A stretch of DNA of 64,000 bases from assembly GCA_051294375.1 (NCBI GenBank), contig CM119265.1:3767046-3831045 (forward strand), given 5' to 3'. The DNA comes from Paraspadella gotoi. Taxonomy: Eukaryota; Animalia; Chaetognatha. The notes below the pieces were generated by a model that was not told the DNA's origin, searched no databases, and was given only the letters and a program-made list of their open reading frames with translations. Positions 13,511 through 26,100 of this stretch are shown piece after piece; within the stretch, counting starts at the first letter, position 1; each line of letters starts with the position of its first letter. Both the position numbers and the translations under genes were made by a program.

Positions 13511-14227
13511 CCGGCACTCTTGACGCCCCCAGACGAGTTCCGTCTCCCGCTTTCGCCCTATCCGACTCCACGTCTTCTACTATTTCTGTCTCTCTCTCTC
13601 TCTCTCTCCCTCTCTCTCTTTCCCTCAGAGCGTCACTTTGCGTTCACTTGGCCACGTTACGCCCCACTGCATCGTTCACCAAATCGTTCACACGCCTCGG
13701 CATCATTCTATCGCCGGAGTCGTAGTAGTAGTAGTAGTAGTACTAGTAGTAGTCGTATTGGTTCATTTGCTATGAAACATCGTTTACTGACATAGCGTTT
13801 AATCCATTTACTATTTCACTAATCCTCAGCTGGTCACAACCACATGAAAATGAGATGGAAAGCTAAAATGGTATAAAAAGGATTAGCCACCTATGGTTAA
13901 CAAAAATAAGAGGCCGACGATAACCATTAAGAACAGTTAATGGTTATTGAAACACATCAGCTTCGAGGAAACCGGTTTTGTTTATACACTTCAACTTTAA
14001 CAAAATTGGAAAAAGAAAACTCATTGTTCTTTTTTTTTTTAAAAGTAAACAATCCCTCCCGACTCACCGTCTGTGATGGAAAAAAAAAAAAAACTCACCG
14101 CGTCTCGTGCGAGTGAGTGAGAATGGTGAGACTACACTGTGAACAGGGTAATTATCCGGGAAAATGGCCTCTTCTTCTTCTTTCCCTTTCTTTCTTTCTT
14201 TCTTTCTTCTTTCCTTTCTTTCTTTCT

Positions 14228-14279
<52 letters not shown>

Positions 14280-14376
14280 TATCAATTTTGTTTTCCTTTT
14301 TTTATGTTTTTTCATTTTTTTAAATAAAAAAAAAAAACAACAGAAAGGAGACGAGGCTCTTTCTCCTCTCTCATCT

Positions 14377-14451
<75 letters not shown>

Positions 14452-14571
14452 GCAAGTCATGAAAATTTTCAGACTTTCATCCCTCTCTATCTCCCTCATT
14501 CTCTCACCCTCTCTCTCTCTCTGCCCCACCCTGCAGTCCCAAAAAGCCATCAATCTCGACCCCCGACTCTC

Positions 14572-14630
<59 letters not shown>

Positions 14631-14731
14631 CGAAAGGGAAAGAAGAGAGAGTTTCTTTCATTTGTTGCATAAAATGCGATCATGACGAATTGATGATGTT
14701 GGAATGGGCTTTGGACGAGGGGCAATAATCG

Positions 14732-14773
<42 letters not shown>

Positions 14774-15365
14774 AAAAAAGAGGAGTCCAGCTATCCCTTT
14801 CTCAGTTTCTGTCTTCTTTGAGTTACAATCTCTCTCTGTCTCTCTCTCTCTTTCACTCTCTCTCTATATCCCTATCTTAATAACGAATACAATAACGAAT
14901 ACAATAACGAATAATGTATAGAATAAACGTAAAATATTGAGAATAGGAAATTGAGAATAGAATGAACAGTTTGGGTCAATTAAAAAAAAATTAACCCATA
15001 AAAATCCCCAGAGAGAGTCACAAAGCCAAAGCCAGATAGAGACAGAGACATTTTTTTCACCTTCCCTTCTTTTTTCTCTCCCTCTCTCTCTCTTCCGCGG
15101 TCAGGGGTTCGGGGCCGCGAGAGCTTCATCCTCCTCGAACTCTCGTCCTCTGATTGGCTGATCGGACGAGGCTTCATTTTCGGCGTCTCTGATTGGNNNN
15201 NNNNNNNNNNNNNNNNNNNNNNNNNNNNNNNNNNNNNNNNNNNNNNNNNNNNNNNNNNNNNNNNNNNNNNNNNNNNNNNNNNNNNNNNNNNNNNNNNNNN
15301 NNNNNNNNNNNNNNNNNNNNNNNNNNNNNNNNNNNNNNNNNNNNNNNNNNNNNNNNNNNNNNNNN

Positions 15366-15400
<35 letters not shown>

Positions 15401-18400
15401 CACCGTCTCGCGTTGAGAAGAAGCAAATTGACTTTCTCGGAGTTGAAAAGGTGGAGTTCCTTTTTTTTTCTTTTCAGTTCCATCTCTATTTTCTCTATCT
15501 CTTTATTTTCTTTGTATTTAGAATAACATCGCCTAATAATTATTAAACTTTTGTTATTCTGGATTTATTTATTATTACTCGGATTTGAGATTGTCATTTC
15601 GACAGCAGATCAACCGATGACTGTTACTTCATCCCTGAATGGTCAACTCAATGAGTCAATTCATACCTGATTGTCTCTGAACTTTGACAGAATGATTCGG
15701 AAATTGATTCGAAATAGAATTCAAGTCACATATGGACGTTTCACTCTCCGATAGAAAAACAGAAAGGGAAGCAGCAGTTTTAACTATCTTTATGTCATAA
15801 TCTTATTTTCGGTTTATGAATAGATAAAACTGACGGTAAACAGATAATACTATCTAGGAAAAACGTATATCACATAATTCATTTATTCAATAAAAAGTAT
15901 ATAAAACATTGGTAAAACATTCTCGATGCCCTTCCTTAACATCGATTACTGCCTACATTTGTCTGAGCATGTTCTAGTTTTTCTGTTTTCTACATCTTTA
16001 ATGCAATTCTTTTCAGCCCCGATGTTGATGTTGAGTGTCTTTCCCCCCTTTTCTGAAAGCTATAATAGTACTTTTTTTAACTAAAAAAAGGTGCAAGGCC
16101 TTTAACATTGCTTAATTAAAAAAAATAAAAAAATAACTTTATTCAAAATAAAAACAAATAATTAAATACCAAAAATAGTAGAAAACTAAATGATTTTTTT
16201 TGCTATTTTTTATTTGAAGTAACAATATTTTTTTGCCTGTAACTTCTAAATGATTTGTCCTACAAAAAATCATTTATTTTGCGCATGCCCAAGATTTTTG
16301 TAAAATGTAAGTGACTGACGGTGATGATAATGATTTCAAAAGAAAAGAATGATTGTGAAGAAAATTTATTTTTACAGCTGCTCATTAAGTTTAGCTTACG
16401 GAAACTGATAAATGCTTTAAATTTAATAAGCTACTTATGATGTTGGATGCATAGAATACTTTTACTGCTGAAACTATTTTCCAGCTGACTGTAGCCAATG
16501 TAAATGACTATCAAACCATCTGTGTCGGAGAGTGTATTAAAAATATTGTTTGAGCACTTAGCTCTAACCTAATTTATACCTTGTAGATTTCACTGGGCGA
16601 AACCATTTCGCTATCAAAAATAAGAATCAATCCAAATCACGAGATTTTAATAATCAGATTTCAATAATCAGAGCAGAACGTTAAAATGAGAGCTATCAAA
16701 AGAGAGAGCTCAAAGCTGTACACAATAATAATTTCAATGATTAGAATTCATTTCAAAATGTTACAAATATTTCATCAAGTTACCTAATGTTTCCTGGGAA
16801 ATCTCCTAAAAGTTTAAAGTTTACTTGCCCTTTTAAACTTTTTTAAAATTTAAATAAACCAATTTAAAACGACTTTCGACTTTTTAGAATACTACCAATA
16901 ATTGGATCAGAAAGGCCTCGTCCAATCAGAATCAAGAACCAAATAATAACCAATGAAATCATAGAACAGAGGACGAGTTTGAGAATTAAAGTTACTAACA
17001 TTATTGGTGTTCTATATAAAACCGAATATGAATTTCGAAAATTAATAAAATATTTATAAACTATTTAACAATCTGCATATCCGAAACATTCTTTCAATTA
17101 AAACTTATAAAATACTTTTTTGTCGGATCTGCTTATCATCAGCTCCCGACTCTATAATTCACTTAGTCAGTCCGTCGGTCCGCCCCCTCAATCTTATCGG
17201 GCATTCACTTATATAATGTCAGAACATCGAATTATGATAAATTATGCATTGTGTACAGGAGGCTACAGGAGGAGTGCGAGGAGTCTGTATCTTCTGCACC
17301 AAAGCAGGCAAGAACAGACATTCGCCCACCTCACCGTCAGGTGAGAGGAGGGCCGTCGGCAGGCCTATCAGGCCAGAGGGATATTCGAGTGGCACTAGGC
17401 ATTTTTCCTGGAGGATCCTTACCAGATCCTAAAATGTCTCACTCTACAATCATATCCTCTCAGCCCATAACAAGCCAATGACCTGACCTTATCGCCAAAG
17501 TCCCACCTTTGCCTGGCCGGGGGGGGGGCAGCTCATTTTGAGCTCTTTTCTCAAATTAATTTCACTCACTCTTTACTTATCTATCCCTCATCACTTATGC
17601 TTCTATTTCATTTCCAACCTATAAGCTAATTTAGTTATTTATTTATTCTGTAACTATTAGTTTAACATTCAATTTTAAGTTTGCTAAATTATTTTCATTT
17701 TTCATTGTTGTACATTACCAAATGTAAAGATTTTTTTTCTCTCTCTATCTCTCTCTCTCTCTCTCTCTCTTTACCTCAATTTAAAATTTCAACTGACTTT
17801 CTTCTTTCCTGTCCTTGCCTTCACCTGTCCTCACATCTGACCACTATCCCTTTCTCAATTCTTTGTTGGAAACTCTCCCTTACTTGTTCTAAAAAATTCG
17901 TTGAAACAAAACAAATAAATTGTTTTCCTCCCTAGATAAATTATGCAAAAAAAAAAAACGATGTCCGTCTGCCGGTCCGTCTGTCTGTGTCTGTCCGTCC
18001 GCCCCACCTTAGCAAAAAACTCCAATTGCTCGTGATTGGATGGATGGATTGGAATGAAATTGTGTGTGGGTAGGGAAGTGTGTGATTGAGCTGGATATGA
18101 AGTTTCGATGGAATCGTGCGAGTGGTAATGGGTTTAAATGGAAAAACAAAAAAGATATATTTCACTATTTGAACGTCAATTACTCATGAGTGGATAATTA
18201 ATTTATCGGTCAATTAATGACTTAATCAATTTATTTAATTATCTATTATTTAATTATTCAATCAATCAATTTATTTATAAATTAAATAACTATTTAATCA
18301 GTCAATCAATCAATCAAGTGACGAAAAGACCTAAAAACAAATATTTTGTATCAAATTAATTAATTTATTAATTAAAGTCGTCAATGCTTTTGTCGTGGTT

Positions 18401-18469
18401 AGTGACGAAAAGACCTAAAAGCAAACATTTCAGATCAAATTAATTAATTAATTGCCGAATTAATTAATT

Positions 18470-18680
18470 AAATTTAATTTTTTAATTAATAATTAACTAA
18501 TTACCGATAATGATCGTGCTCAAATTTAATTAATTAATTATTAATTAATTAATTAATTATTAATTAATTAATTAATTAATTAATTAATTAATTAGTGAAA
18601 AAATGATGCGAGTTAAAAAAAATGATGCGAGGAGAAAAAAACTGATGCAAGTTGGAAAAAAATTATGCAAGTTGAAAAAA
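18470..18680. repeat. (TTAA)n tract followed by about 4 copies of a roughly 21-bp unit AAAAAATGATGC(G/A)AGTT
   Basis: Directly visible. Confidence 0.85.
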
Positions 18681-19382
18681 TAATAATAATTGTGAAGTCG
18701 TTTCTACTTCACGCCCGCAAATTCGCGAGTTCAAAACGTCGCCCGTTCCGTGTGGTTCGATGTGGGATCTTCGTAGTTAAAAATCTGAATATTTATCTGA
18801 ATGTCGAGACAGATTTTGAAGGAAAAGACGAGATATTATTGCATAGTTATTTTCACATACAAAGAGTCCCCGTAAAACTGTTATTTGGGACGGCACAACG
18901 TGTTTCTTAGTGAGCAAATCTAATAACTAAAGAAATGTCTCTATTTTCTCTCTCTCAACGACGACGGCCAAACAAAAGACCAGTAAAAATGCTCAACAGT
19001 CAGATAAAAGACCGGTCAAATACAACTCAGAGCAAAAACGTTTGATAGAGAGGGAAAATAGAATTGTGAGGTATAACATTTAACAATAATTGAAAAAAAT
19101 TGTTTGTACTTTTTTTGTAATTATTTCTACTATAGTATTTATTTATTTATTATTTATCTATTTATTTAGCTCTTTACCGCTTAATTATCGTGGGCAGATC
19201 CGACATTGTTTGTTCAAACTTGTTAAACCATTAAATAATGGCTCTGAATACAGTTGTAAATCACATTGAATCAAAATATCAATAGTTAAAGGATATAAGT
19301 AATATGAAGTTAATGCTGGGGTGTTTTCTTTTACTGAAATACGATTTCATGTGAGACCGTCGGAACTCATTTCTTTATCAAT

Positions 19383-22071
19383 TTAAACTGAACTTTCTTT
19401 TTCGGAAAACAACCAGGAAATAGAGCAGAGTGATAAGAGACTGCCCGCGTCAGAGCTTTCTTCCAACGAAAGAATTTCATTGTTCGATGCTTCCCCCTTA
19501 TGTATGTCATCTTCCTCCTTCATTGTCCCCACTTCCAATCTCGTCCCGCTGCTCGAAACAAAGTTTTTAGGGTGACGAAGAACTTCACGCGCCTCCAAAA
19601 CCCAACCGCTTTTTTCAATTCGTTCATTGAGGTGGTTAATTGTGGATTTCAATCGTTTCAATTCTTCCCGAGCATCGTAATCTTCGGGGGCATGCATCAA
19701 CTTCTTTTGAATCCTTTTCAGCTTTCGCTCTTCCCGTAGTTTAAGTTGCTTCATTCTTTTTAATTCTACGCTGAAAGCCCTGAACTCATCCTCTGTTTTT
19801 GCCAGTACCCCAAAAATTTCGTTGAGACTGGATTCAAAGACTTCAACTATCGCGTCCTCTGTGACAAAAGTCGTAGAAGCTCCTTCTTCGTGCACATCGA
19901 GGTACAGAGTGGTCAAGTTTGAGATCTCCTGCTTTTTCATTTCCATCTGCTCTTCGTAAGACTTAACACAGTTCTCGGGAAAGTTTTGAGCAAAGCATAA
20001 GTGTGCCATGTTTTTTCTCGCGAACCAGTACAGGTGCAGCAAGAACAATGGGGTTTTTTGTAAAATTCCATTCAACAATTCCTTGGTTGTAGGTAAATGA
20101 CCAAAATGTTCTATTAGTTGTTTCTCGTTTTTATTCCTGTGTAACAGCAGGTTTCGACAGTAGCGAAAATAGGAATCTAAAGAACAGGAGTACTTGGTGT
20201 TTTTGTAAATGGATTTAATGGCGTAGAATTTCCATTTTTTATCCAGCAGCATGTAGTAGGAGGCATTAAACTCATTAATTAAGGCTTCGGAAATCTTGGA
20301 TAATTGGTCATTGAATGTATTTATGGCCGAGACAAGAGCATCAGTCTCTAAAAAGAATGGGTGTCTTTCCGCTTCTCGCATTGTTATCCTGTCCTTGGGG
20401 TTAAACTGCGTCATTGTCCGGAGGAGGTTTCTTGCCAACTCTGGAACCTCTAACTTCATGCATCGATTTTTCTTTTTCTTTTGGACATTGTTGAGACAAT
20501 CGCTAAGCCCTGAAATATCCAGTAACTCACAAGCAACCAAGGCTGAGGAATATACATCTGCCATGACATAATCAACAGCATCTTTTTGTGATCCCGGCGT
20601 TCTTAATTTGATCAACTCCGGAGCCATGTACGCTTCCGTTGCCGCCCAGCTTGAAAAGTTAGAAAATTCATCTTGAACCATTTCTTTGGCAGAATCAAAG
20701 TCAGACAATTTTACAGCATAGGTTCCTTCCCTTGCCTGCAGGATACAAAAAAGAATATCATGTAAAAATTTAAATCTAGATTTAATATTCATAGATATTC
20801 GAAAATATATATTGAAATTTTGCAGGTAGGGTATTAATGATTATTTTTGTTTCAATTTTACCGTTGTTTTTAAAACAATAAAAAACCTTGTAAATAAAGG
20901 TACGTTGTTTATTAAAAAATTAAAAAGTGATGGAAAATATAAATATGCTTATAAACATGTCTTAAAATACATTTTTATATCAATAATGCTTTTACTAATC
21001 TTGTAATAAAATTTCAAGCAAAAACTATTTTTAATGATATCAATTTATAATGACGAAAAACCCATCAAATTTTTTAAAGTAGCATTCTGCAACTAGTGCT
21101 CGGTACTTTCCTGCTTTTTTAAAAGCACATTGCTTGGTTTGATGTCTCGGTGAGCAACAATATTATGACATTCATCAACATTGGAATGGATGTAAGATAC
21201 ACCCTTAAAGAACTTCCTTGTCAACTCCTTGGTCGTAATGTTGTCCAGAACGTCATTCTTTACGTTTTTTGCTCAGAGTCTCAGGTCTCGTGATGTCGCG
21301 TAATGTCCCATCCGCCTTCTCAATGACCAAGATGAAGTCATTTCCTTTTGAAAAACTGGCATAAATTTTAATGATGGCTTCGTGTCTTCAAGGGATTTAT
21401 GAATCTGAGCACATTTTAGGAGACGAGCAACTGCAGATTTGTCCGCGCATCTAGTCACCTATAAAAAATTATTTATTGTAATATCTTTAGATAAAATACA
21501 TTTTCAAAATTATTTTCATAAAATTCCTCGTAAATAGGGAGACAAAAAGAGTTAAGCTTTGAGCGAGGCTCAATATGTTAGCATTATTTATGTCATTATT
21601 AACATTTAGTGTTTAAAAATGAGATCTTTAAAATGGCTCATCATTCATAAATCTTTGAAGCACATGATTGTTTAGTTATTGCTGTCACAAATGTTACAAA
21701 AATAATTCTGTAGAGAATTTTAGTCTGATATTGTACAATTGATTTTATTAATTATCTATCATGCTTCCTTAATTTTTACTGATTAAACCTTCCATCAGAC
21801 AAATAAACTAATAACAGTTATTTTTTTTGGATACATAAGAGAGAAAGAATCCAGTTAATATCATATTTCCTGATATAAATATACTCTCCTAGTTTACACA
21901 ATCATACATCACCTTTGTAACGACGTTTGTTCGACATCCACAGTTGTCCAAGGTCGCTGGATGCACAGAAACGTTGCCAAAACCCACACGGTACTTGTCG
22001 ATTCTGGCACGAAGTGATTTGTCTATTTTAAGGCCGCTGAGCTCCTGTTTCCTCTTGCAGCAGCTGAACAT
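19383..22071 (-). CDS. Gene A: IRE1/RNase L-like kinase-KEN ribonuclease with C-terminal coiled coil; complement(join(21913..22071, 21111..21458, 19383..20735)), about 620 aa after repairing three 1-nt deletions in exon 2
   Basis: Kinase motifs: VVTK (beta3 Lys), HEAIIKIY, FILVIEKADGTL, AHRDIKPSNVLL, VKLSDFDSAK, YMAPE, ADVYSSALV, MTQFNPKDRITM..HPFF. KEN signature follows: KW..KY.CSLDSYFRYCRNLLLH..HFGHLP..PLFLLHLY. Intron 1 is AAG|GTGATG...TTTTATAG|GTG (phase 0). Intron 2 acceptor is TCCTGCAG|GCA. The model is colinear with paralog B. A possible acceptor (TTCAAG) 4 nt before the ATG means an upstream exon cannot be excluded. Confidence 0.85.
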
Positions 22072-23190
22072 TGCGCTTGAAGGGACGGGATATGGTAACA
22101 ATAATTGACACAATCGAGGAAGGACAACATAGAATAAAAAAAAGTATGCAAAAACAATTTTTGACTTCAAAATTTAATTTAGAAAGGCTCGTGCTGGTTT
22201 TCCCGTTAATTCCTAAAACTGGTCTTTACGATGGAGATTTACTAAATAAACCTAGTAAACCGCGGAAATATAGATGTGGAGTTTTTAAGAGGATTTAAAA
22301 CAAGAAAAAAAAATTGAAAAGCTTTCAAAAAAGTAATATTTTTTTTAGGCATTTGAATAAGTTAATTTTTTTTTCTCGAAAAATAGTCTCTTTTAAGCTG
22401 CTTCTCTGCTTTGCTGGAACTGCTCACAAGGACGGAACAGGTTGAAAACTAGAAGTTCTCTCGAATAGATAATGGTAAAGTGACTGTTAGAGAATATGAA
22501 AATGAAAATAATTTTAAGATTTATCTAAAGAAGCATTTAAAAAATATTTCATTACTATATAAAATAATAAATTTAGTAATTTTTTTAATAGATTCTGAGG
22601 AGCTTTAAACGTTAGATAATAGTAATTATTACAACTTTTTAAAATTGTTTTGTTTTATTGATAACAATTTTTAAAAAAACTATAAAATTCAGCCAATGAT
22701 GATGAAGATGATTTTTTAAGGTTTTTTATATTTTTAACCAATTTTTTGTAAAAGTTTTAAAAAATTATAGTATAAATTATAAGAATCCGTTCTAAAAAAA
22801 AATTAAAAAATATGTCATTTGTTATATATTAATATTTAAAAGCTTCAGCGTAACAACGCAATGAACTAATTCAAAATGTTGCATTGAAAAACGATTTAGT
22901 AGTAGAAGGTAAAAAAGAATTTTTTTGAGATGTTATAAAAAGTGTGCAATTTTGGCCCTCCTTACTGCTCAAGTCTACTGAAAATTTAATGACCAAAAAA
23001 AGGCCGCCGTAATTGGGTTTTTTTTAACCGGTTAATGACTCAAAATTTGGCACTGGTTATCTATAAGAAAAAAATTAAAATAAAACAAAAAGAGACACAA
23101 TTTTTTTTTATTTCTGTCCTTTTGAATAAACTTAAAAATCATGGGTTATTTCATACAAAACAAAATTATTTTATTTGAAGCAACAAACTT

Positions 23191-26100
23191 TTATCCCGAT
23201 TTGCTGGAGGTTGGATTCTGCCAAGAATAAAAAGAAGTCAAACTAAAATAGGTCCCACTTTTTTCCTTGGGAGACTTTTCAGCCAACACTTCATTCTTTT
23301 TCTCAGCAACATCTTCCCGACCATTCACATTTATTGCATTAGGTTCAATTTGTAATTGTTCTTTTGGAATATCATTGGATTCTATTGACTCCTCAACTGA
23401 ATCTTCTTCTCTCTTGTCCACAATCAATGTTTCTTCCATCTCCCGTGTTCCCTCTTCTTTCTCTTCCGTGCCAACAAAGTGCCAACTTTGATTCTCTAAT
23501 TGATTATCCTCACTTTCCCCAACCCCCGCCATAACGCTCTCTCTATTCACTCCTTCATCAGCCAACGCACTCAACATTTTCTTATTTTGCTCTTGGATCT
23601 CTTTTTTGAGATCAGAATTCTCTCTCTCGATGGCTTCTCTTTCATCTTCTCTCAACAGACTCATGTTCTTTAGGTTTTCCTCCAATCGCCGTTTGGCCTT
23701 TTCCCTCCTTCTGGCAGCGAGGATCAAATCCCCCTCTGACTCTGGTTTCCAATCATCGTCCGGGTTTTCATCTAACGGTACAGACTCCGCTTGGTGGACA
23801 GGTTCTGAACTCAATTCGCTTGCATCGCTTTCATCTACTTCTTCCACAATTTCCTCCGAGATGACTGAATTAAAAGTGACTTGTTTGACGGCGGTTTCGA
23901 GCTCTGTATCACTAGAAATTTTAAATTCTCCTTCATCAGCATTTTCCAAAAGATGCACCCTCTCCCAGAGATTTTCCATATCCTCCACCGCGCCCCGCTT
24001 GATTGCCATCTGCTCCTCATAAGCCTTGGCGCAGTTGAGCGGAAAATCTTGACAAAATTCTAGTTTGGGCAAGTAGCGCTTTGCAAACCAAAATATGTGA
24101 ATGACCAGATTTTTGGTATTTCTCAAAACGTCTCGCAACAGCTTTTCCTTAGTTGGCAAGGAGCCATAATGACGATTTAATTCTTCGTCATTGGCAGGCA
24201 CTATCAGATTTCGACAGTAGCGGATGTAGTCAACTAAAAACGGAGAGTACTTTACTTTTTCATATATTTCCATAATGGCATATCTCTTCCATTTTTCTTG
24301 AAAAACCATGTAAAATGAGTTGTTTAATGTATTGACAATGTCCTCTCCGGTAGGATGGGATAAATCTAAATTGGAAATAGCCTCGTCAAACGTATCAAAG
24401 ACTCTTATCAATAACTCGGTCTTCCAGAAAAACGGATGAGCCGATGACTCCTGCATCGAGATCCTGAACTTTGGATCTAACTGAGTCATTGTCCAGATAA
24501 GATTTCTTTCCAACTCTTCCATGTCCTCGACCATTAATGATGATCTTTCACCTTTGCGTTGGTTAAAAATGATCTCGTGAGGATCACTGTGCCGCCCACA
24601 AAGATGGCGCTCGTTATGTGCAATCGAGACAAGCGCCTCAAAGGCAACTAGACCAGCGGAGTAGACATCAGCCGCCTGGTGATCGAGTATCGTGGTTTCT
24701 ATTTTCCGCAAGGGGCCCTCTAACTCGGGCGCTGTATATAGCGCGACCCTGTTGGCATGGCTGAAGATGAATGGCTCATCAGACTCTGTCCCTGAAGCGT
24801 ATTCAAAGTCTGTCAGTTTGACGGCGTAACTTCCATCACGAAGCCGTTTCTTTAGCAGAACATTTGCCGGTTTGATGTTGCAGTGAGCGACGTCGTTGTC
24901 GTTTTTATCTCGATATGAATGAATTGATTCGAGGCATCGGAAAAACTCGTGGACGAGGAATTTCGGGGGCGTCGATGAGAGGAGCTCCTTGCTCAAAGTT
25001 TTCTGCGGAGGCAATTTCGGGCGAAGGACATCTTCAAGAGATCCTTCGGCGCGATCAAGAAGAAGAACAAAGTCTCGCCCGTCTTTTTTGAATCCAAAAA
25101 CCTGGCGGGAAGAATGAATGACAAAAAGGTGGTTATGGACCATTGTAGACTTTGGAGAGACTTTTAGAGACTTTATGAAATTGGTACAATCTTTAAAAAA
25201 GTATCCATTCATTTAATAAATAAGCTATCATGCCCCAGACTTTAAACAGGCTTTGCTGGGTTAAGGTTTCCATCCCTGTTACAAGATTATAACATATGTA
25301 GCAGGATAAAGATCAAGATTTTTTCACAGTCAAGTTTATTCACAAACTAGCTTCCCTAACAATGAAGTGATATATATTATTATAAATATGTTTTAATTGC
25401 ATCGCAGATGGAATCGGATCCGCGACACGAGGACTCTCTGATTGGATGAATCATCATCGAAACGGACCAATGAGAAGACAGGCTTCCTGCCATCGGGAAA
25501 CGAGCCCGCGTCGATGATCCGATTGCATTGTATAAATACTGGACCATTTCGTATTGAATCCAAATTTCAATCCAAATCTCAAATTCTGACACCGTCTTTG
25601 CTTGTGACTTTTCTGAAGAATAAAATCCACTTTCGGTTTCATGTTGAAATCTCTGTCTACTTACTTAAATGTGGTGGCAGCGGTGGGATTCGAACCCACG
25701 GTATAAAAGGATGCTTCCCTCATATTGATTACACAAGTGACATCTATCAAATTCATGTATTAAGAGCATCTCCCGGTGAACATCACACCTTGATCACTCC
25801 CTCCTGATCATGCAATGAACGATGAAGGTCGGCGGATCGAATCCTGCGTCTAATCGTGACGGCGTTGCAGAATCGCGTCACCTTGGCGACTGCGTCCAGC
25901 GCCTCTCCGTCGTCCTTCAGCGTCGCCGGGTGGAGAGAGACGTTGCCGGCGTCGAGGGCGCGGTGTCGTCGACGCGCGTTTCCTCGGATTCGTCGATGGC
26001 GACGGAGAAGAGGCCGCCCGACAGATGGCGCGGCGGGAATCTGGAAGGGGTAGTTGGAGGAGGGGGGGGATCGGTGGGGGGGGGCGATTTGATAGCATCG

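Larger units (their letters stand above)
7423..14190. repeat. About 3.3-kb direct tandem duplication (7423-10682 / 10708-about 14190) split by a 25-N gap
   Basis: Both copies start GTACAAAA(A)TTTTCCATTCATTC and end ...GGAAAATGGCCTCTTCTTCTTCTTTCCCTTT. Confidence 0.95.

Noticed and set aside
21273-21275. In-frame TGA as selenocysteine or readthrough
   Set aside because: The preceding 36 or so codons match the kinase only in a shifted frame, so compensating indels explain it better.
25102-25212. N-terminal 37 aa of the 673-aa ORF, and likewise the first 19 aa of the 469-aa ORF
   Set aside because: Intronic: they precede clear acceptors and have no counterpart in the paralog.
25672-25700. Functional tRNA gene
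   Set aside because: Only the 3' 29 nt are present.
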